64,000 nucleotides of DNA from the IMG/VR virus record IMGVR_UViG_3300043753_000023, positions 1 through 64,000 of that record, one strand, 5' to 3'. The notes below the pieces were generated by a model. The model was not told where the DNA came from and ran no database searches. It saw only the letters and a program-made list of their open reading frames with translations. Positions 58,362-64,000 of the stretch are shown in pieces (the stretch's first letter is position 1; each line of letters begins with the position of its first letter). The stretch comes from a virus (Duplodnaviria > Caudoviricetes). Position numbers and translations under genes: made by a program.

Positions 58362-58669
58362 TTGACCGCGTCGTCCAACTCGCCTGGATTCTCGACCACT
58401 TGGACGACATTGCCTCCGACTTGTCGGTCTTCCATCGCATCGACGACCCGTCGACGTTGGACGGGCCGCGGTTCTTCAGGCTGGCGTGGCGGCTGGCTGC
58501 CTACCAGGGCGTGATGCAGGCCCGCGTCACCGCGGAGCAGCAGGCTTCCGAGCCGCAACAGCGGCCGTTCGAGTACGGGGCCCCCGACATCAACCCGGGT
58601 ACCCAGGCGACCCTTCAGGCCGACGCGGCGTTCGCGGGTGTGTTCTCCTTCGGCGGTTCGACTGCCTGA
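58349..58669 (+). CDS. Tail assembly chaperone GT extension (-1 frameshift)
   Basis: The -1 frame from 58349 is open to 58669 (KSVVDRVVQLAWILDHLDDIASDLSVFH...). Confidence 0.7.
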   Translation, partial: PKSVVDRVVQLAWILDHLDDIASDLSVFHRIDDPSTLDGPRFFRLAWRLAAYQGVMQARVTAEQQASEPQQRPFEYGAPDINPGTQATLQADAAFAGVFSFGGSTA

Positions 58670-58693
58670 CCTTCTGACGCCAAGGGGGTCGGC

Positions 58694-61600
58694 ATGGCCG
58701 AGGGCTTCCGGATCGCTACGGCGTTTGTGCAGGTCAGTCCCGACACTGAGGGCTTCCGCGAGGAACTGCAGGCCAAGCTCGACGAGTCCGCCGCTGGCAC
58801 ACGGACCAGGGTGAGGGTCGGCCTCGACACGACCGACCTGGACGCTGGCGCCGACAGGGCCCGCGCCAGGGTCGACGAACTCGGCTCCCGCACCGCGCGC
58901 CCAACCGTCCGCCTTGAGGACGGGGAAGCAGCCGCGAAGATCGATGCGATCCGGGAGCGGCTGGGCACCCTGTCGGCCTCCAACCCGTCACCGCGGGTCC
59001 GGGCCGACATCTCGGACGCCGAGGCGAAGGTCCAGGCGATCGAGGCGCGGATCGGCCGCCTGAACTCGGTCGTGGCGCGGCCTGCGGTCACCCCGCAGAT
59101 GATGGCGGCGCAGGCCCAGATCGACCGCCTCACAGCCCGGCTGGAGGAGTTGGGGCAGAAGAAGGCATCCCCGAGGGTCACTGCGGATACTGCGGCAGCG
59201 CAGGCCCGCATCGACGTTCTCCGGGCACGATTGAACGACCTGCAGGCCAAGGACGTCCAGATCCGGGTCAAGGCCGGCGCGGACCTTGTGCGCGCCGAAG
59301 CCGACCTGGACCGGGTGGCGGCCAAGTTGAGCGACGCCGGACGCAAGGACGCCAAGCCGAAGCTGAGCCTGAACGATTCCGACTTCCAGTCGAAGCTGAG
59401 CTCGGCCCTGTCACGGCTGCGAGAGTTCGGCGCGGAATCTGCGAAGGTCGGCGCCATCGCGGTCGGCGTCGGCAGCCTCCTGCCAGCCGTAGGTGGGGCT
59501 GCCATCGGCGGCGGCCTCCTTGCCGGCGTCGGGGCGCTGGGTCTCGGCGGGATCAGTAAGGCCGTCAGCGACGCGCACCAGGCGAGCCTGAATGTCGGGA
59601 TCACGCCACAGCAGCAGGCCGCTACCGCATTCAGCAACGCGGTGGCCGTGCAGCAGGGGCAGGACCAGATCGGTCAGGCCCGTCGGCAGGCCGCGCAGGA
59701 TGCCATCACGAGCGCCAACTCGATCCAGCAGGCGCAAACGAACCTGGCCTCGGTCGAGCGAAATGCCGCCCAGCAGCAGGTGCAGGCCCTGCAGTCCGTC
59801 AAGCAGGCCGAGCAGGGCGTTGAGGAGGCCAACTACAGCTTGAGTGAGGCGCAGTACAACCTCACGCAGGCATGGGAGGCAGCGCGGGAGCAAGTCCGGC
59901 AGCTGGACGACCAGCTCGCTGACTCGAAGCTCAACGTGCAGCAGGCCGAGCTGGCGATCCAACAGGCCGAATACCAGCAGCGGCTGGTCAACCAGAACGC
60001 CTACTCCACCTCCCTGGATAGGCAGCAGGCGGCCCTCGCCGTTGCTCAGGCGCAGCAGCGACTGACCGACGCCCAGGACCAGCAGACCTCGTCTGCCTAC
60101 GCGGCGAACTTGGCTCACCAGCAGGGCGTTGCCGGGTCGCAGCAGGTCGTCCAGGCCCAGCAGGCCGTTACGGCGGCCCAGTACGGGCAGGCGGACGCGC
60201 ACGCGCAGCTGTCGGATGCGCAGGCGCAGGCAACGCTCGGCCAGCTCAACAATGCGGACCAGCTGAAGGCCGCGCAGATGCAGTTGGCCGCCGCATCGGA
60301 GCAGGCCGCCTATCAGCGGCAGCAGGATGCCCACAGCATCGCAGTTGCCGAGCGGAACCTGACAGACACGATCCGGGAACAGCAGCTGCAGCTCGCGGCG
60401 ACGCAGTCCACCGAGAACCAGGCCGCGAACCAGTTCGCCCGCGACATGGGTCGGTTGACGCCGGCGGCCCAGCAGGTCGTACAACAGATCCTCGGCATGA
60501 AGGGCTCCTTCAAGCAGTTGACGGACACCGCGCAGACGGCGATCGCCCCTGGGGTGACGGAGTTTCTGCGCGGGCTCCAGTCGATGCTGCCAAGCATCCT
60601 GCCAGCAGTGTCCCAGGTGGGCGGCCTGCTCTCCGGCATGTTCAGCGGCCTGGGCAAAGCAATGCAGTCGAGCGGGGCGAAGGACGTCCTCCAGGGCCTG
60701 GTCGACAACGGCCTGCAGATTGCCAAGACCCTGGGGCCGGCACTGGGTGGGATCGCGGGGGCGCTGGCGAACATCGGGTCGCAGAAGGGTGCCGCCGACG
60801 GGCTGTCGTCTCTGATCGGCGGGCTTGGTGCTGGGCTAACGAACCTGGTCAATGGATTGTCGCCGTTCGTTGGCGCACTAAGCGGCCTGCTGCAGCCGCT
60901 CGGGCAGGCCCTGGCTCCGCTGGGCGGTGCGATCGGAACGCTTGTCGGGCATTTGGCGGAATCGCTCGCGCCAGTTCTAGAGAAACTAATTCCACCGGCC
61001 TCGAAATTCATCTCAGAATTGGCTCAAGGCCTGGCTCCTATTCTAGATTCGCTAGGGCCATTGCTACAGCCCGTAGTTGAAGCTTTGTCTGCGATCTTCT
61101 CGGCATTCGGCCCTTTGCTGCCCGTCATAGGTTCATTGATAGGTCAGTTGGCGAAATCTTTGGCCCCAATTCTGCAGGCTTTGGTTCCAATTATCCAGTC
61201 GGTCGCAGATATGCTGGCAAAAGAGTTGCAAAAGGGCCTGACCGAAATGCTGCAAGCCCTACTGCCACTATTCCCCCCCCTGGCTCAGTTGATCGTTTCC
61301 TTGACGCCGATCATCGATGTCGTGGTCAAGCTGGCAGGGTTCATCTTGGACTTGGCCCTCAAGATCCAGGTGCCGCTGACCCAGGCAATCGTGTGGATCA
61401 TCACGAAGTTCGCCGACCTAGCCTCCCACTGGCAAGGCGCGGTGCACGACATCGAGGCCGGTGCCGACTGGCTGTGGCACCACGTCTTCGAGCCGCTCTG
61501 GTCAGGCCTGTCGCAGGGAGCCGACCAGTTCGTCTCGGATTTCGGGAAGGCCTGGTCCGGTCTTCAGGACGTTTTCAAACTGCCCGTCAACTTCCTGATC

Positions 61601-62812
61601 GAGAGCGTCTACACGGACGGCATCGAAGCTTTGTGGAATGGCGTCGTCAACGCTATCGGGCAGAAGAGCATTGCTCTGCCCGACATTAAGAAGCTGGCCA
61701 CCGGTGGTGTGCTGCCCGGGTACGCACCGGGCCAGGACACCATCCCGGCAATGCTCTCCCCCGGCGAGGGCGTGCTCGTGCCGGAGGCCGTCCGGGCATT
61801 GGGGCCGGAGACCGTGTTGGCGTTGAACGCGGCCTACGGCGGCGGCCGGGTCTCGACTCCTGGCCACTTCAGCGGTGGCGGGATCAGCGGCTTCCTCGGA
61901 TCCGTCGTGAACGACATCTCCGGCGCGATCACCAAGGGCACGGACGTCGCAAAGATCATCGCGGCCGTCACGACCGGCGACACTTCCGGCCTGAACGACG
62001 CGCTCGGCAAGTTCATCGACACGAAGGGCGCCGCCGGGAACTACGCCAAACTGATGCTGGGCATCCCGACCGCGCTGGTGCACGATGCGGTCGGGGCGAT
62101 CGGCAGCATGTTCGGCGGGGGTGGCGGCAGCAACGGCAAGCTGCCGACTGGCAGTTCCAGCGCAGTCGGCGATCTGCCGGCCAACTGGCAGACGATCGCG
62201 TCCTTCCTGGCAGGGCACGGCTTCAGTCAGTACGCCGCGGCCGGCGTGGCGGGCAACATCATGGCGGAGAGCGGCGGGGATCCCGAGATCCTTGAGGCTG
62301 GGGGTGGTGGCGGTGGCGGTCTGATCCAGTGGACGCCGTACCCGCGCAGCTACATCACTGGTGACTACCAGTCGGACCTGATGACGCAGCTGAACGCCAT
62401 CCTGTCGTGGGGTGGTGGCCCGGCGCAGGTCAACCGGGCCACCTCGCCGAGCAGTGCCGCGGAGATCTACCAGGATCTATACGAACGCCCGGCAAGCCTG
62501 ACGGCATCCCTGCCGCAGCGCATGTCCTCGGCTAACGCGGTGGCCAAGGGCATGAACTGGGCTTTCGATGAGGGCGGTCTCGCCAGCGGCATCGGATCGC
62601 TGCCGAAGTACACGCCTCGCCCGGAGAGGGTGCTGTCCCCGCGGCAGACCCAGGCATTCGAGCGACTTGTTGCTGTCCTTGACCGCCAGTCTGCGACCGA
62701 CGGCAGCTCGGCGGCGGGCAAGCAGGTCGTGATCCACTTCCACGGCACACAGCACCCGACGCCCGAGCAGATGGCCGCGATCAAGCGGGAGATGGCACTT
62801 GCGCTCGGCTAG
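58694..62812 (+). CDS. Tape measure protein with C-terminal tail-lysozyme domain
   Basis: 1372 aa, A/Q-rich helical; FRIATAFVQVSP start; FLAGHGFSQYAAAGVAGNIMAESG...GLIQWT lysozyme motif. Confidence 0.93.
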   Translation: MAEGFRIATAFVQVSPDTEGFREELQAKLDESAAGTRTRVRVGLDTTDLDAGADRARARVDELGSRTARPTVRLEDGEAAAKIDAIRERLGTLSASNPSPRVRADISDAEAKVQAIEARIGRLNSVVARPAVTPQMMAAQAQIDRLTARLEELGQKKASPRVTADTAAAQARIDVLRARLNDLQAKDVQIRVKAGADLVRAEADLDRVAAKLSDAGRKDAKPKLSLNDSDFQSKLSSALSRLREFGAESAKVGAIAVGVGSLLPAVGGAAIGGGLLAGVGALGLGGISKAVSDAHQASLNVGITPQQQAATAFSNAVAVQQGQDQIGQARRQAAQDAITSANSIQQAQTNLASVERNAAQQQVQALQSVKQAEQGVEEANYSLSEAQYNLTQAWEAAREQVRQLDDQLADSKLNVQQAELAIQQAEYQQRLVNQNAYSTSLDRQQAALAVAQAQQRLTDAQDQQTSSAYAANLAHQQGVAGSQQVVQAQQAVTAAQYGQADAHAQLSDAQAQATLGQLNNADQLKAAQMQLAAASEQAAYQRQQDAHSIAVAERNLTDTIREQQLQLAATQSTENQAANQFARDMGRLTPAAQQVVQQILGMKGSFKQLTDTAQTAIAPGVTEFLRGLQSMLPSILPAVSQVGGLLSGMFSGLGKAMQSSGAKDVLQGLVDNGLQIAKTLGPALGGIAGALANIGSQKGAADGLSSLIGGLGAGLTNLVNGLSPFVGALSGLLQPLGQALAPLGGAIGTLVGHLAESLAPVLEKLIPPASKFISELAQGLAPILDSLGPLLQPVVEALSAIFSAFGPLLPVIGSLIGQLAKSLAPILQALVPIIQSVADMLAKELQKGLTEMLQALLPLFPPLAQLIVSLTPIIDVVVKLAGFILDLALKIQVPLTQAIVWIITKFADLASHWQGAVHDIEAGADWLWHHVFEPLWSGLSQGADQFVSDFGKAWSGLQDVFKLPVNFLIESVYTDGIEALWNGVVNAIGQKSIALPDIKKLATGGVLPGYAPGQDTIPAMLSPGEGVLVPEAVRALGPETVLALNAAYGGGRVSTPGHFSGGGISGFLGSVVNDISGAITKGTDVAKIIAAVTTGDTSGLNDALGKFIDTKGAAGNYAKLMLGIPTALVHDAVGAIGSMFGGGGGSNGKLPTGSSSAVGDLPANWQTIASFLAGHGFSQYAAAGVAGNIMAESGGDPEILEAGGGGGGGLIQWTPYPRSYITGDYQSDLMTQLNAILSWGGGPAQVNRATSPSSAAEIYQDLYERPASLTASLPQRMSSANAVAKGMNWAFDEGGLASGIGSLPKYTPRPERVLSPRQTQAFERLVAVLDRQSATDGSSAAGKQVVIHFHGTQHPTPEQMAAIKREMALALG

Positions 62813-62829
62813 GCGCAAGGCAGGTCCAG

Positions 62830-63552
62830 TCAGTTGCCGAGCTTCTGCTGTGCCTTCGCCAGCGCCTTGGCGTGCAGGGCGAAGGCCAGTTGCGAGCTAC
62901 CGCTGCCGATCTGCATCTGGTCGAAGGTCAGGATCGCCGACGGCAGCAGGTCGAGCACGATGTAGCCGTTCACCTGCACGCCCTGCACAGAGCCGTCCAT
63001 GCGATCCTCGATCGTGTTGGCGCCGCTCGCCTGCATGGGCGTCAAGGTGAAGGCGACCTTCGCGCCGCCGCTCGCCATTGTGATGTGCCCGCAGCTGTCG
63101 AATGCCGCCTTCGCCGAGTCGTAGGCCGACTGCAGCACGGAGGTCGTTCCGGCGGTGAGTTCGAGGCCGACGAACGGGCCTTCGGCGCCGCCCTGGTAGT
63201 TACCGCTGACGTGGTTGGCACTGCCCGGCGGTTCGTTGAGGAGGTCCGCGAGGGGCTTGCAGCCGCTGGCCGCACCGCCGGAACTGCCGTCATCCGGGGC
63301 CGCGGTGAAGTTGGGGCCGAGTTCGGCGGCCGTGAGGAGAGCGCTCCGCAGCGTCGCAAGGCTGGGCAGCGCCGCGGCCGGGCTGGGGCTGGAGCTTGGT
63401 GAACTGCTGTGGCCAGCAGTTGTCGGCTTGGCCGCTGCAGGAACGGTCATGGTGGCGGCCACGCCCGGCGACGGTGCGGCGGCCGGCTTGGCGCTGCTGC
63501 TGCATGCGGCGGCGAGTAGGACGACGGTGGCAGCTGGAACAAGGCGGCGCAT
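62830..63552 (-). CDS. Lipoprotein moron
   Basis: Signal peptide with lipobox LLAAAC; Pro/Ala/Ser linker; antisense to the tail operon; AGGAGAG RBS. Confidence 0.8.
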   Translation of the reverse strand: MRRLVPAATVVLLAAACSSSAKPAAAPSPGVAATMTVPAAAKPTTAGHSSSPSSSPSPAAALPSLATLRSALLTAAELGPNFTAAPDDGSSGGAASGCKPLADLLNEPPGSANHVSGNYQGGAEGPFVGLELTAGTTSVLQSAYDSAKAAFDSCGHITMASGGAKVAFTLTPMQASGANTIEDRMDGSVQGVQVNGYIVLDLLPSAILTFDQMQIGSGSSQLAFALHAKALAKAQQKLGN

Positions 63553-63651
63553 GGGTCTCTCCTATATAGGTGGCGGGCGCCGCCAGTGTGGCAGTCGCAT
63601 GGTCAGCAGCAGGCGCGAGTTACCGGGCCGTGATCACGGGGGTGATGCCTG

Positions 63652-64000
63652 GTGAGTGGCGCTATCGCTGGACAGCCATGGGCGTTCGGCTTGGAATTCC
63701 TCTCGGAGACCACTGGTCTCCCCGCCGACCCCACCTCCGTCCAGTTGGATGTGACCTACGGCCAGCAGGTCGGCATCGTCCCGGATGTGGCCGGCCCCTA
63801 TACGTACCAGGGCGCGTCCGCTCCCGTGTCGGGGCAGGTGTGGCGCACTGGGGTCGGGCAGTACGCCTGCTTCTGGAACATTCCCGCCGGCACGCCGCAG
63901 GGCGTATACGTCGCCAACTGGACCTGCAGCTATGGCGGCCACGCCTTCCTCGGCACCGAGAACGTCACCGTCGCCGGTGGCGTTCCGATCCCCGTGCCCG
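63652..64000 (+). CDS. Tail-region protein (3'-truncated by the window edge)
   Basis: GTG start, open to the end: MSGAIAGQPWAFGLEF...GVGQYACFWNIPAGTPQGVYVANW, Ig-like beta pattern. Confidence 0.6.
   Translation, partial: MSGAIAGQPWAFGLEFLSETTGLPADPTSVQLDVTYGQQVGIVPDVAGPYTYQGASAPVSGQVWRTGVGQYACFWNIPAGTPQGVYVANWTCSYGGHAFLGTENVTVAGGVPIPVP

Noticed and set aside
59580-60430. CAG/Gln-rich repeats in the tape measure as a DNA repeat element
   Set aside because: Explained by the coiled-coil A/Q-rich protein sequence
1-64000. tRNA, rRNA, integrase, att site, transposase
   Set aside because: No T-loop or cloverleaf candidates, recombinase catalytic motifs or terminal inverted repeats found by eye; tRNAscan and HMM searches would be needed to exclude them fully
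1-64000. Diversity-generating retroelement or retron
   Set aside because: No reverse transcriptase motif and no template/variable repeat pair noticed
62830-64000. Lysis cassette
   Set aside because: No endolysin or holin recognisable; it probably lies beyond the window

Overview
High-GC (~70%) actinobacterial (Streptomycetaceae-like) temperate siphophage or phage-plasmid sequence, open at both ends. Layout: (1) 1-15.3 kb, rightward early arm: RusA-like resolvase, WhiB, HNH endonuclease, SSB, replication initiator 1, zinc-finger genes, LuxR regulator, a beta-clamp homologue, DUF4326, a permuted papain-like amidase and many small ORFs. (2) 35.3 kb back to 15.4 kb, leftward early arm converging on the first: HExxH protease, replication initiator 2 with four iterons, DnaB, DEDD exoribonuclease, then about 30 translationally coupled mini-genes including a HIT hydrolase and a nucleoside 2-deoxyribosyltransferase-like gene. 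(3) 35.3-38.0 kb control region: GntR/UTRA (KorSA-like) repressor, repeated CTTCTACG(T/G)AGAAG operators at two outward-facing promoters, a RelE-like toxin-antitoxin candidate and a GIY-YIG-GntR fusion. (4) 38-44.9 kb rightward operon: Xis-like HTH, small ORFs, a plasmid 'spread'-like membrane cluster and a lone Pycsar-effector-like gene. (5) 45.8-64 kb morphogenesis: terminases, portal fused to a Nudix hydrolase, XkdF protease, scaffold, capsid, connectors, tail tube, chaperones with a -1 frameshift, tape measure with tail lysozyme, and an antisense lipoprotein moron. No integrase, TraB/FtsK, lysin, tRNA or CRISPR array is visible. Best candidate for an undescribed system: a DUF2637-like membrane protein with a C-terminal HTH whose own 3' half and downstream spacer carry about 40 GGWCC motifs in about 730 bp, consistent with a self-encoded centromere or membrane-tether module. 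All family assignments come from motif recognition by eye; no database searches were run.
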